64,000 nt of DNA from Raja brachyura (GCA_963514005.1 OY740799.1:9052001-9116000); one strand, 5' to 3'; positions 35,629 through 48,622 are shown, numbered from the stretch's first letter. The notes: generated by a model from the letters alone, not told the origin. Made by a program: numbers and translations.

Positions 35629-37117
35629 ATGATTTCAGTGATTAGAACAAAAACAATCAATAAATTGCAGTATCACTGGTACAAATTATGACGATCAAAT
35701 TATATTTCATAACTGAGGTACATATTGATCAGGTATTTTTGAAAAGTGAGAAATTTGATGCAACTGTTCACTGGTACAATATATATAATTTCAGTTGAAG
35801 GAGCTGCTGCATTAAGAGGGACTTCAAATAGACTATTTGGTTTACTGAACAACTCAATGTCAGTTCTTCAATTCACAGCAATCCAAAAGCAGCTGCTAGT
35901 AATCTGAAAAACAGAAAAAGATTGCTGGAAACATTCAGCGTGTTTCAGATAGGTGGCTTTTCATCGGATTTTGAAAGGTCTGTGTACCTGAGTTTTTTTA
36001 AATTAAAATAGAAACTCACAAAAAAAGTTAGTTTTGTTAAAACTCCATTTATTCCTACAAAAGCAACAGTCTGTCTCATTTAATCAGCTGTCATAGTTAC
36101 AGTGCTCTGTAGATGCTGTGTTGTAAAACACTGTGATCCTGAAAGCTACATTTGGTGATAAACAGGTTAAGCATTTCGGCAACCATACTTTTTTTGTCAT
36201 ATAGGTTTAGCTCGTCTACATGTAATGTGCTCAGAATTTTTATCAAAATATAATCAATATTTTCCCTAGATATCCATGAATGACTGACAACTACCAAATA
36301 ACCCTATAGTCCCCTACCGCAGACTTTATAACCACTAAAGGGGCCTAATATTTTTTGTGTAAAGATTTCTGTCAACCCAAACATGTTTAATCCAACATGT
36401 GAATTGGCATAGTGTCATTTACAGGGACAGGATTTGACAGCTCTTCATTCATCTGGACTATGCTGTGCAACTGAAACAAGTATGAGCTCTGAAAGCCCAA
36501 CAGTAATAAGGAAAAGAAAGAGAGTGGTCTGACTCAAATTTCAAAGAAGCATGTTATTCAAAAGTACTACTTTCTAATAGCCGTGGGGTATCAATAGGTC
36601 TCGCCTTTTTCAATATCTTGGGTCCCTCAAGTAAAGCAAATTACATTGTACAAATAAACTGATGAATCCTAGCATGACTTATGTATTACAATGGATGACA
36701 GGTATTCCAATGACAGTCTGAAGAGGTGGTAAGTCAGTGGACTACTACTTCCATTTTAAGTAAAACAAAACACGTGAATCATGAGCACATTTCAAATTTC
36801 CTTAATTCCACAGGTTGATTGTAAATTTGATAATGGAGCAGTTTCACACAGTGGCTGAGAGCCTCTTCCCTTTTCCTTATTTAGCTACCTGGCACAAGCC
36901 TTAGCCTCCTCCTCATATCCTCCCAGTAGCATTCACATATCACAATTCATAGTAGGAATTCTGATAATAAAAGATGAATCTAGTGGCAATTAAAAAAGGG
37001 TTCAACAACATTTTATTTTTATGAGGATTTAAGAGAACTACATTTTGTTTGACCAATCCTATGGATCCACCATCTTTCAAATTCACATTTGACAGCTCCC
37101 AACTTAGTGTTTCCGGC

Positions 37118-37475
37118 CACATAGAAAATAGGTGCAGGAGTAGGCCATTCGGCCCTTCAAGCCAGCACCACCATTCAATATAATCATGGCTGATCATCCA
37201 GAATCAGTAGCCTGTTCCTGCTTTCTCCCCATATCCCTCGATTCCGTTAGTGCTAAGAGCTATATCTAACTCTCTCTTGAATACATCCAGTGAATTGGCC
37301 ACCCCTGCCTTCTGTGACAGAGAATTCCACCTCACATTTATCCACATTATACTGCATCTGCCATGCATCTGCCCACTCACCCAACCTATCCAAATCACCC
37401 TGCAGCCTCATAGTATCCTCCTCACAGCTCACACTGCCACCCAGCATTGTGTCATCTCCAAATTTGGAGATTATT
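37118..37475 (-). mobile_element. CR1/HER1 3' fragment with internal deletion
   Basis: ISKFGDDTMLGGSVSCEED..QYNVDKCEV is joined directly to WNSLSQKAGVA; catagaaaataggtgcagg tail. Confidence 0.85.
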
Positions 37476-37699
37476 GAGTTAATAAGCACTTCATTGCTTA
37501 TTTTTATCTATATGGAGACAAATAACTGGAGGTGATGTTCAACAATTAAATCCAAGATAATGCAAATGTAACACAGAAGCTTCAATTTTCCAATTCACTG
37601 AGACATATGCAAATATAAATTTGTGCCTGTAAATTTACAAAATGATCAGTGTGCCCTCTCATGATGAAAGCAGACAAGGCAGGAAATGACTATCCTACA

Positions 37700-38020
37700 T
37701 TAGTTTTAATTTTAGAAATACAGCATGGAAATCGGCCCATCGAGTCCAAGCCGACCATTGATCATCTGTTTAAACTAGTTCTTTGCTATCCCTCTTTTCA
37801 TCCACTCCCTAATGACTAGGGGCAATTTTACAACGGACAATTAACCTACAAACCCGCATGACTTTGGGATATAGGAAGAAACTGAAGCACCGAGAGGAGT
37901 CTCACGTGGTCGCAGGGAGATATGCAAACTCCACACAGAGAGCACTGTGGTCAGGATGGAATCCAGGACTCTGGTGCTGTGAGGCAGCAGCTCTGACAGC
38001 TATGCCATTGAGCTGCCCTG
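37700..38020 (-). mobile_element. V-SINE (HE1-like), near full length, with CR1-type 3' tail
   Basis: Minus strand: tRNA head with gattccatcc B-box remnant, V-domain gagtttgcatatctccc, tail ccatgctgtatttctaaa. Confidence 0.8.
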
Positions 38021-38264
38021 TTTGTTAATTTTGAATTTCAATGCCCATAGGTTAAAGAAAGGGGGAAGATGAAAATAAAATCAGAGGTCCCGATCTTGAT
38101 AATTTGTGGCAGAGAACTTGCTGAGCAAAGACACATGACACCATCAAACACATTCTCCATGAAAAATCAACATTCCTGGCATAGGAACATAGAAGCACTG
38201 CTGATAGATAATTGGAACATGTTGGTTCCATTCACATTTTTCTTTGTGCATGGCCATCATTGAC

Positions 38265-38560
38265 TATGGCATGTTTATTGTCAGTTACTAATTGACTTTG
38301 GACTGAGGAGGTCATTAAAAATCAACCACATTGGTCAGTCTTTCATCACATGCAGGTGGGACTGGATGGCAAATTTCCTTATTTGAAATGGGATCACCAA
38401 ACTGGATGACTTTCACAGCAATTTGGTCACTTCATGGTGAGCATCAAACACTTTGTTATACACACATCATATTTTATTACTTACATTACCAAGCTGTCAT
38501 GCTGGAATCCCAACATTTTTTTTTGCTGAAATGGTCTGGAACATGGGCTCCGTAACGATT
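38265..38560. mobile_element. Old SINE/L2-related repeat remnant (shark SacSINE1-like)
   Basis: tcaaccacattg..tcacatgcagg..ggatggcaaatttcctt resembles a common chondrichthyan repeat as recalled. Diverged. Confidence 0.35.
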
Positions 38561-38616
38561 TTACGATACTACACTGCTGAAATGGGACAGCAACAATTAT
38601 GGGGAGAAGAACAGCC

Positions 38617-39218
38617 AAGGTTCAAGGTTAGTTTATTGTCACATGTACCAATTAAGGTACAGTGAAATTCAAATTACAATACAGCCATACTAAAAAAAAG
38701 CAACAAGCCACACAACTACATAAAAGTTAACATAAACATCCACCACAGCAGATTCCCCACATTCCTCACTGTGATGGAAGGCAATAAAGTCCAATCTTCT
38801 TCATTTTTTATTCTCCCGCGGTCGGGGCAGTCGAACCATCTGTAGTCGGGGCGATCAAAGCTCCCGCAGCGGCAGTCGAAGCATCCGCGTTGAAGCGATC
38901 AAAACTCCCGCGTTGGGGCGGTCGAAGCTCCCGTGTCGGAGCGGTTCAAGCTCCCGCGTCAGGGCAGTCGAAGTTCTTGCAGCTTGGAGTTCCCGACGTC
39001 GGTCTGTAACCATGGACCGTGAGCTCCGTGATGTTAAAGTCTGCAGGCACCCGCAGTTGGTGCCCAGAAGTCGATCCCTGGCTCCACGATGGTAAGTCCG
39101 CAGGTTCCCGCGGTAGAGCTCTCGAAATCGGTCTCCAGCTAAAGCCGTCAACTCCTCAATTTTAGGCCGCAGTGCGGATGGAAATGCGATACGGAAACAT
39201 TTTGCATCTCCATCGAGA
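38617..39218 (-). mobile_element. Bipartite non-autonomous retroelement (5' truncated)
   Basis: Same 3' module as 3180-3348; GC-rich body with short internal repeats (gggcggtcgaagctccc-like). Confidence 0.72.
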
Positions 39219-39554
39219 TTAATAGTCTATATTGCAGAGCAAGGACTCCAGCTGGTTCAAGATGATTTATCCCTTTGGTTATGTGAAGGCCACATGAACA
39301 AAAAATCAACACAACTGTGGCCAAATTTCAAAAGTACATCGAGGGAAGTTTAAAAACTGTAAACTGTAAAGTCCTTTGTGTTGGTTAATTGAGATCCAAA
39401 ATTAACTCATTAGTTAAGTGGAGGAATGGAAAATGAATGATTATTCATTTTGGATAAGTAGGGTTCTTAATCTTTCTACGTAACAAAGAGTAACAACCCT
39501 TCAAAAAAATGTGAAATCCTCGAGTTGCAAACTGCCTCCAAACCTTCAGCTGAT

Positions 39555-40142
39555 TATAGAGTCATACAGCACAGAAACATGCCGTTGGGCCCCATTCATT
39601 CAAGCTGGCCAAGATGGCCCATCTAAGCTAGTTACATCTGCCTGCATTTGGTCCATATCCCTCTAAACCTTTCCTATCGCATCCCTGTCCAAGTGTCTTT
39701 TTAAATGCTGTCCACATTAATTATACCTTTCATAGAATCATAGAAAATAGGTGCAGGAGTAGGCCATTCAGCCCTTCGAGCCTGCACCGCCATTCAATAT
39801 GATCATGGCTGATCATCCAACTCAGTATCCTGTACCTGCCTTCTCTCCATACCCCCTGATCCCTTTAGCCACAAGGGCCACATCTAACTCCCTTTTAAAT
39901 ATAGCCAATGAACTGGCCTCAACTACCTTCTATGGCAGAGAATTCCACAGACTCACCACTCAGTCTTCTCATCTTGGTCCTAAAGGACTTCCCCCTTATC
40001 CTTAAACTGTGACCCCTTGTTCTGGAGTTCCCCAACACCGGGAACAATCTTCCTGCATCTAGCCTGTCCAACCCCTTAAGAATTTTGTAAGCCTCTATAA
40101 GATCCCCCCTCAATCTCCTAAATTCCAGCGAGTACAAGCCGA
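39555..40142 (-). mobile_element. Two CR1 3' fragments (39555-39712 and 39731-40142)
   Basis: GLYSLEFRRLRGDLIEAYKILKGLDRLDAGRLFP; (catagaa) tail. Confidence 0.85.
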
Positions 40143-41784
40143 TTGTTAAAATAAATTCCAAAGTTTTAATTAAAAGTTGTTGAAACTAATCTCCAATGCA
40201 CCAAATATTTCTATCCTAAAGATTAAGTGATCCAAAGGTGAACTGAAACTTTTTTTGGCACGTCTCAAGAACACAATAGCAATGGGTATAGGCCATTGTG
40301 CCCTTTAAACATGTCCGTCATTCAATATCATGCTGATCTGCCTCAGGCCTCAACACCTTTTCTGTGCCAGTTCCACAGAGCCCTCAATTCCCGTGAACTT
40401 TCATAAAATGTATTTACTTCCTCTTTAAATTTCTCCTATGTTCTCCCCCCCCCCCCCCATCACACCAAATATTTTGGAGTTTTTAAGACAAAAACAAATC
40501 TCAGAAATAAATTGTTGATATCCAATCATCAAACTAAATAACAGGCTGAAATTAATTGCAACTGTTCTTGAGCACTGAAATGTGTTTTACTGCAAAATCT
40601 ATTAATGGTGTTGTTATCAAAGCACGACCAAATACATTCATCATTAAGATGCAAAAATATACAATGCAACATTGCACATGATAAACATGATTGTCCAGTT
40701 CCAAAAGATAGACACAGAAAGTTGGAGTAACTCAGCGGGTCAGACAACATCTCTGGAGAAAAGGAACAGGTGATATTTCGGGAGTCACAGAGTTCTGCAC
40801 TGCTGTGAAATTGTCCACTTGGTTTTGACTTCCGCTGCCACAGCTGAAAACCATTATATATTATTGAGGTCAAGTACTTTATAACTGAAAGATCCCAGAT
40901 ACAGGTCCTCAGACTAAATCCTGAAGTGCTTCAGCAAGGATTTTTGAAAATCCAGGTAGTTTGAACTGTAGGTAAGTAGGTTATGTCTGGTCCCAGATTA
41001 TTCTAAAGATATCACTTTTCATGTTATCTTAGATCATTAACACCAAAAAAGTAATCAACTACATAAACTGTAGCTGTACTTGAATGGCTTATTAAACCAT
41101 AAGAACAGGCGAAATATGAAACAATCAACAATCAGTTAGATTAACTTCTCTAGCAGATTGTTTGTTGCTCCAGATTCCAGCATCCGCAGTCTCTTGTGTC
41201 TCTAAATATGAAGCAGATGTTTCTCTGCAATATTTGCATACTTTTGGGACCAACATTATTTGCTGCATTCAGCTTATTCAGCCATTCCCTGACAATAAAT
41301 TTGCTAAAAGTTTCCTTCTCTGATGGTAGGTGGTCAAGAGTAGACCGAAATGTATCTTTGCATCTACAAATGATTAATTTGGTCTTGTCTTGTACACTCT
41401 TGTGTTGGGCCTGCCTCCAATGAACTGTTTAATTCTGCACTGTTATTCATAATTGGATGTGGCAGGGCTGAAGCTTTGATCTGAACCATTCATTTTGGGA
41501 GCACTTAGCTGTATCTGAAACATGCTGCTTTAATTATTTAGTAAACATTTTGTCTTGCAGCTTCACTTGGTAGGTATATCAATTTCAGGTGCAAACGATG
41601 TCTGTCTTGACATATTCTACATATTCACAATAAAGCAAGGTTGGTCCCACCAGAGATTGGGGGTAATTGGAGTGCAATAAATATGCAACACCATGTGTTT
41701 ATGGATGTGCTGGTAAATAATGATACTGTAACCCATGGTAGTTGGGCCCATTCCACCCTCACCTCGATCCGGATCTGCACATCA

Positions 41785-42505
41785 AGATTCAATTTAATTG
41801 TCACATGTACAAAATAAGGTACAGTGAAATTTTATTTACCATACAGCCATACTAAGTAAAAAGCAACAGTCACATAAAATAAAATTTAACATAAACATCC
41901 ACCACAGCAGAATCCACATTCCTCACTGTGGTGGAAGGTAATAAAGTTCAATCATCTTCCTCCTTTGTTCACCCGTGGTCGGGGCTTTTGAACCCTCCGC
42001 AGTTTGCTGCTGCCGACGGTCCGATGTCCAAAGTCCGCTCGTCGGGATGATGTAAACTCTGGCGTCGGGAGCGAATGGAACTCTCCGCGGCATGGAGCTC
42101 CCGGATCAGCCTGTTCTTCCTGGAGAATGCGGGCTTCACGGTGTTAAAGTCCACAGGCCCCGCAGTTGGAGCTCTCCACGATCCTCGGCAAAGGATCGCA
42201 GCTCCCGGTGTTAAAGTCCGCGCCGCGCCTGTTACTTGAAGCGCCAGGCCGGTCTCCAGGAAAGGCCCCCAACTCTACGTTGTTAGGCCGCAGGGGAGAC
42301 GGAGATGCGCGATGGGGAAAATCGCATTTACGTCGAGGTAAGTGACTTGAAAAAGTTTTCCCCGATCCCCCAACCCCCACATAAAACATACAAAGAAACA
42401 TTGAAACATACATTTAAGACATACTTAAAATAATAAAAACAGAGAAAGGACGAGCAAACTGTTGGCGAGGCGGCCAGTACGGGCGCCACCCGGTGGTCAT
42501 CAGCC
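41785..42505 (-). mobile_element. Bipartite non-autonomous retroelement, apparently full length
   Basis: Minus 5' ccgggtggcgccc, T-rich segment, tgtgggggttgggg..gaaaactttt, GC-rich body, then 3' module ..ttcactgtacctta..tgtgacaattaaa. Confidence 0.72.
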
Positions 42506-42514
42506 AGCAAAACG

Positions 42515-42780
42515 CAGTGTGCACTGTCAAGCTTTTGTATTTCTGACGGATGGGAGCAGGCAGAAGAAGGAATGACCGGGGTGGGACATTCCTATGTTGA
42601 GTGTTTTTCAGAAGCAGAGTGAAGTGTAGACGGAACCAATGGTTTCAAATCTGGTCTGTGTGATGGACATCTACAACTGTCTGCAATTTCTTGGGCACTG
42701 CCATTCCTAAAGTAAGCTGTGATGTCACCTGGCAGTATGCTTTCTATGGTGCATCTGTCGAAGTTTGTTAGAGTCACTGG
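42515..42780 (-). mobile_element. Rex1/Babar fragment
   Basis: TLTNFDRCTIESILPGDITAYFRNGSAQ. Confidence 0.7.
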
Positions 42781-42987
42781 GTGAGTTTTTTTTTAATTTC
42801 AAGGATCAATAACTTGGGAAATATAGGAGGAAATGCGACGGGAAGAGGTTTATCGCCTCCACGGGAAAAATGTGAATAGGATGTGTGAAAATGGGAAACT
42901 GTAGCCTAGTGTTTGGAAGAAAATAGGAATTAACCAGATTGACACACACAGGCACAAACAAGACAAAGACTTTTAGTTATATCGAGA
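42781..42987 (-). mobile_element. Helitron-like 5' terminal fragment
   Basis: Minus strand A|TCTCGATATAACTAAAAGTCTTTGTCTTG..(TG)n, with a TC start after A. Confidence 0.45.
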
Positions 42988-44419
42988 TGTGCTCTTTAGT
43001 CAGTGATCTTACTATCCATGTACAGTTTCTTTTCCTTTAACTTTTTAATATAATTTTGAACACCTCTGATAAATTGTCCCTTCATTTTCATAGCTCTACG
43101 ATTAATATTCCAGATTAATACTGAAGTTCTCCATCACTTGTATCAGTCTGGAATTATCTTCCCATCACAACTTAAAACCAAATACGTTTCCACTGATCAT
43201 CTACCAAATCACAGCGGCAGATCACAACAAAACTGAGGAAGTTCAACACCAAAGCGCTTTTTCTACCACTCACTGCTTAAAACGGAGGATACGCCAACAA
43301 GAATTGAAAGTTTTAAAGCATTCCACTGGCAATATGTACATGCAGTAATAATTCAGCTGCATAATGAGTTGACAGCACTTCATCTTGACAACTCTGCATA
43401 GAGCTCATCTGAGAAGGAATCAGCTTGGATCATTCACAATGCAATAAAGCTATTTTCCAACTTGGAATGGGTTTAATGACAGCTCATTTTGACTAGTCTC
43501 TGAAGCAGCTGGTCCACTTGAAACCGCAGGATCATTACACTAAAATAATATTACATGGTATTCTTCACATTGCTGAACAATTGATTTTTACATGCACTAC
43601 TTCACCCACCGTTTATTAGGATTCAATATGTCAATATTTGATTGCTTGTGACAATACCGCTTGAAAATGGTTCACATCATTTTGCCTAAATTGGTAAAAA
43701 ATTATCGCTTTTTTTCCTTTCATTCCTTCAATGACTTTCCAAGTCTACTTGCCAACATCTGGGACGTCTTCAATAAAAAGTAAAATGATGAAACTTCCCA
43801 TCAAAGTAGTGCTGATGACACAAATTGCAGTATTTAAAAAAAAATCCTAATCAGCCAAAGCAAATTCTGAAGCCTTGAAGTCAACAAAAAAACTCAAATT
43901 ATCCAATAGTTCAATTTTAGGTAACGACAAACCCCTCTTCTTCTCCGATCCCTCTTTCTTACCAGTACTGCACCGTGATTCGCATCTATTTCTCCCCTCC
44001 TGGATTAACGGAGTTTTACTATAAATTTAGGTAGTGTAAGCTTGGTGTCAAATGCCTTTTGATTTACATGGTCTTCTATCTTGGTATTTTCAGGCTTACT
44101 TATTTTCATGTACCACCACATAGATCTTACAAAGCGTTTCTCAATAGGAGCTGGAGTACTCTTTACAAAATAATATTTATACATGATTAAATGTATTTTT
44201 AATTGCAAAGGGGAGTTCAGGAAAGACACAAAAGGAGTTATTGGTAGCGGCATCAACCACTAATAATTTCCATAAAAAGAACACTCGACTGGTTAGTGGC
44301 TAAGCTAGAAGCCTCTACCACCAAGCTCAATATAAATAACTTTCTATTCTCAAGTTTTATTTCAGTCAATTCCATTCCCCAAATACTAGACACCAAAAGT
44401 CAGTCAATATATTGAAAAA

Positions 44420-44560
44420 GGTCATAAGTGACAGGAACAGAATTAGGCCATTCGGCCCATCAATTCTAGTCCACCATTCAATCAAGGCTGATCTATCTCT
44501 CCCTCCTAACCCCATTCTTCTGCCTTCTCCCCATGACCCCTCAAAACCACATAACTCCCC
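44420..44560 (-). mobile_element. CR1 3' UTR fragment
   Basis: gaacagaattaggccattcggcccatc..ccattcaatcaaggctgatcta. Confidence 0.7.
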
Positions 44561-46493
44561 ATAACCCCTGGAAAACTGCCCCCAGCACAAATTTCCAGAA
44601 TTTTCTTTCTGATGAAGCAACCTCATGGTACTTTATATACACCTTTTCATAGTGTCAAATAGATCAACTCATTGCTGAAACATAATAATGAATTATTCCG
44701 TCTAGTTATCCATGATATTGCCATGAACAGCTATGGGGTGCTGGGAAATATTCAAGGGACAACACATTTTGTTATATGGCCTAAATAGTTTGGTATATCA
44801 GATGCAATAAACTTAACAGTGGACCACTAAAACGAGAAGTAGTTCTTGAAGGATAAATTGGTGCACATATTCTCCGAAATAGTTCTTTCATAAAATACAT
44901 TTGAAGGGCAATTAACCAAAAGTGATGCCTGTGGATTCTATGATGATTTCTGCCAATTTTTTAGTTATATTGCTTTAATGTCAAGTTAGAACAATATATG
45001 GTTCAGTTTAACTTAATATCATACATTTTAATGAAACAGAATGACTATAATATACCAAGTGGAGGTAGAGTAACTGGTGCATAACTACTTCAGCACAGTT
45101 TTATTACCATTTCCTTGATTTAAAAGTATTCTATAAATATATCCCTAAAGAAAATCTTTCTCACTTTTACCAATTCCAAAGATAGCAATTTTTGCTAGAA
45201 TGTGATACTGTGAATGCCAGAAGTAACTGAGAGCCTTCCTCAATGTTCACATTGTTAGGTTATTCAATTGCATTACTCATCTTGGAACCTGATGTCCAAA
45301 CAAAAATGTATATCAATAGTTACAGTGCAAACTATTTAATAATGGGATAAACATAGACTACACTCATCCTGAGCTTTCTGTATATCTTACCTACTATTGT
45401 CAATGATGCCCTACTGCAGTGATCATTAGATAATCAGGGACATTGTTGAATTCTCCCTAGTTTAATTTAGGGGGATAATAAAACCACTGCAATAAGTTAA
45501 CCCTACAGACAGACACACTAAATAGACATACTAAATCTTTCTGTTTGTAAAAAGTAGCTTGGAAGCACGGGTTGGTGCATTGCTTCTCTTTGTAAATTTT
45601 GCTCTTTGTTATTCAGGGCCATTAAGAATTCTGCAAGGCAAAAAGGATTCTTGCTGCCACCCAGCTGAGTTCAGCTATCAGTGCAGAAAGGAAATATAAT
45701 CTGAATCTACAACTCAGTATGATTAGGCTAGGAATTGCTTTTACCAAAAGAGATCACTGAGGGAGTTCGCTTCAACACATTTCTTGAAGGGAATTAAATT
45801 CAAAAACAGAATGTCTGAACCTGGATCTTGACATTCATCAAAATCTCATCATGCTTTTCCAAATGCAACTTTTGTACAATGTTCGGTAAAGTTCGGGAAA
45901 GGCAAACTTATTTAAAAACAAATTCTTCAAGATTAAATGAGGGACCTTCCATCTCTTTTCACAGCCAGATCCTCGTAAAGATCTAAAAGGCATCTTTGTT
46001 CTTATTTTAATTTATTTCACTCAATAAAGGCATTGAAAATCTTATTTCCAAAAAAAGTATATAGATATTGAAGCCCAGCATGCATCTTTTCCCAGTTGGA
46101 GAAATCAACTGCAGATCGGCAATCAGGAGAAATGTTTACAAACCTTTTCAGTCAATCACGCAAGCAAACATTCCCACTCGACAGATTTGCTATAGCACTA
46201 TGGTTCTAAACTATGGTTTCACTTATCAATATGCAAATTGCTTGTCAGAGCAGGAATTGAAAAAATATACAAGCCAATGCTAATCTCGCAGTAATTAAGG
46301 TCAAATTACAACCAGTGGAATAAATACAATTAAAGGACATTTTGTTGATGGTGGCATTCAGGGAATTAGTGGAATGGGGTTCATATTTAAATAACATTAA
46401 ACTTCAAGTAATACCTCAACGATTTCCTTATCAAAGTTTACAATTGCCAAACCAGCAAACAGATGAGTAAGCAAAGACTATCAGTCTACTTAC

Positions 46494-46638
46494 TGCATGC
46501 TTGGATTTCAGCCGCTCCTCCTCAGTCAATGATCTCTCCCGCAACACAGCTTTTACAATGCTATCATTTGAAGCATCACGCTCACGTTCAAGAATTTTGC
46601 CAATCTCATCGTGGACATAGCGTTTATCATGTTCAAGC
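46494..46638 (-). CDS. CHCHD3: Internal coding exon of MICOS complex subunit MIC19 (CHCHD3), equivalent to exon 4
   Basis: Minus strand reads cttgttttgaaatacAG|G CTT GAA CAT...AAG CAT GCA|GTaagtag: 145 nt, phase 2 in and phase 0 out. Peptide (R)LEHDKRYVHDEIGKILERERDASNDSIVKAVLRERSLTEEERLKSKHA resembles vertebrate CHCHD3 (..ERERxAxNExLTRAILRERxxxEEERxKAKH..) as recalled. The paralog CHCHD6 fits less well. No other exon of the gene was found in the window. Confidence 0.88.
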
Positions 46639-47409
46639 CTGTATTTCAAAACAAGCACAGAAAAATGCACAATCACTTTAGGGCACAAACATTTCAAGGG
46701 CTATCATAAGTTGTATTCAAGTACTGCAGTTTCAAAACCAATGGTTTGATCAGTAACCAAAATAAATCGTTTCAACCATGTTTAATCAATCATAACAATT
46801 AAACAATCTGAATTAACTTCTCCCAGAATCAGCAGCATCACAGAATCCATCTGACATAGCTGATGTTACATAAGATTCAGTAAACAATGGCATGCATTAG
46901 ACACAACAATGGCTGTGGCCCTGACATCTTAGCCGAAGTACGTAAAAACGTACGCAACAAAGTCATTTGCTCAACCTGCAAACCAATTCCAGTGCACCAA
47001 TTATGCCCCTATAAAAGTTAGCATCAGCAAATCCGAATGGCAATTATTGTTGGAAAATACAGACAACATTGCCAGTACTACCCAAGCCCAGAACATAATT
47101 GAGTTTTAAAAAATATACAAACAGGCAACTTTTCTTCCAGTATGAAGGATGACCATTGTTCCTATTTGGTCCACTTCCAGATTGAATGGCACTAGGTCGT
47201 AAGAGTATGAACATCACTGAAAAGGTGATGAATTTAGTTTCATTTTAAAAATTAGTTTAATTTTATTTAAGTTAGTTATTTAAGACTAAATTTATTTTAG
47301 TCTTGTTGCCATAAATTAGAGATGAATAATATAGTCTTATAGCTCCAAGCTAATTGGATAACCAGTGGAACATGTTAAATAAAGTCAGGTATCTTAAAGT
47401 AGTAATAAG

Positions 47410-48622
47410 GATCTGCGGATGCTGATTTAGACAAAAGGACACAAAGTGCGGGACTAATTCCATGGGTCAGGCAGCATCTCTGGAGAACATTGGTAGGAAC
47501 CCAGCCTGAAGAAGCATCCCGATCAGAAACATCACCTATCCATGTTGGAACCCAGTGGGGTGCCTCAGGGATCTGTGTTGGGTCCACTGTTGTTTGTCAT
47601 GTACATCAATGATCTAGATGATGGGGTGGAAAATTGGATAAGTAAGTATGCAGATGATACTAAAATTGGTGGTGCTGTGGATAATGAGGTAGATTTTCAA
47701 AGTCTACAGAGAGATTTGGGCCATTTGGAAGAGTGGGCTGAAAGATGGCAGATGGAGTTTAATGCTGATAAGTGTGAGGTGCTACATCTTGGCAGGACAA
47801 ATCAAAATAGGACGTACATGGTAAATGGTAGGGAATTGAGGAATGCTGTGGAACAGAGGATTCTAGGAATAACTGTGCATAGTTCCCTGAAGGTGGAATC
47901 ACATGTAGATAGCGTGGTAAAGAAAGCTTTTGGTGTGCTGGCCTTTATAAATCAGAGCATTGAATATAGGAGTAAGGAAGTAATGTTAAAATTGTACAAG
48001 GCATTGGTGAGACCAATTCTGGAGTATGGTGTACAATTTTGGTCGCCTAATTATAGGAAGGATGTCAACAAAATAGAGAGAGTACAGAGGTTGTTTACTA
48101 GAATGTTGCCTGGGTTCCTGCAACTAAGTTACAGAGAAAGGTTGAACAAGTTGGGCCTTTATTCTTTGGAGCGCAGAAGGTTAAGGGGGGACTTGATTGA
48201 GGTCTTTAAAATGATGAAAGGGATAGACAGAGTTGACGTGGATAAGCTTTCCCCATTGAGGGTAGGGAAGATTCAAACAAGAGGGCATGACATGAGAATT
48301 AAGGGACAGAAGTTTAGGGGTAACATGAGGGGGAACTTCTTTACTCAGAGAGTGGTGGCTGTGTGGAATGATCTTCCAGCAGAAGTGGTGGAGGCAGGAT
48401 CGATTGTAACATTTAAAAGTAAAGTGGATAGGTATATGGACGGGAAGGGAATGGAGGGGTATGGTCTGAGTGCAGGTAGATGGGACTAGGCGAAAATAAA
48501 TGGTCGGCACGGACTGGAAGGGCCTAGAAGGCCTGTTTACATGCTCTAATTGTTATATGGTTATATGGTTATCTGTTCTCCAGAGATGCTGCCTAACCTG
48601 CTGAGTTACTCCAGCACTTTGT
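47410..48622. mobile_element. Penelope-pLTR-derived short element interrupted by the CR1 at 47547-48572
   Basis: Left half ..ctgaagaagcatcccgatcagaaacatcacctatccatgtt resumes after the CR1 as tgttctccagagatgctgcctaacctgctgagttactccagc. Confidence 0.75.
47547..48572 (+). mobile_element. Young 5'-truncated CR1 LINE with an open RT C-terminal frame
   Basis: Uninterrupted frame SGVPQGSVLGP..YADD..LERRRLRGDLI..GRWD; (GTTATATG)n tail; same family as 26715-29153. Confidence 0.95.

Noticed and set aside
44060-44095. KIEDH peptide reminiscent of the mammalian CHCHD3 micro-exon (DIEDK, from memory)
   Set aside because: No polypyrimidine tract and a weak donor; probably coincidence.
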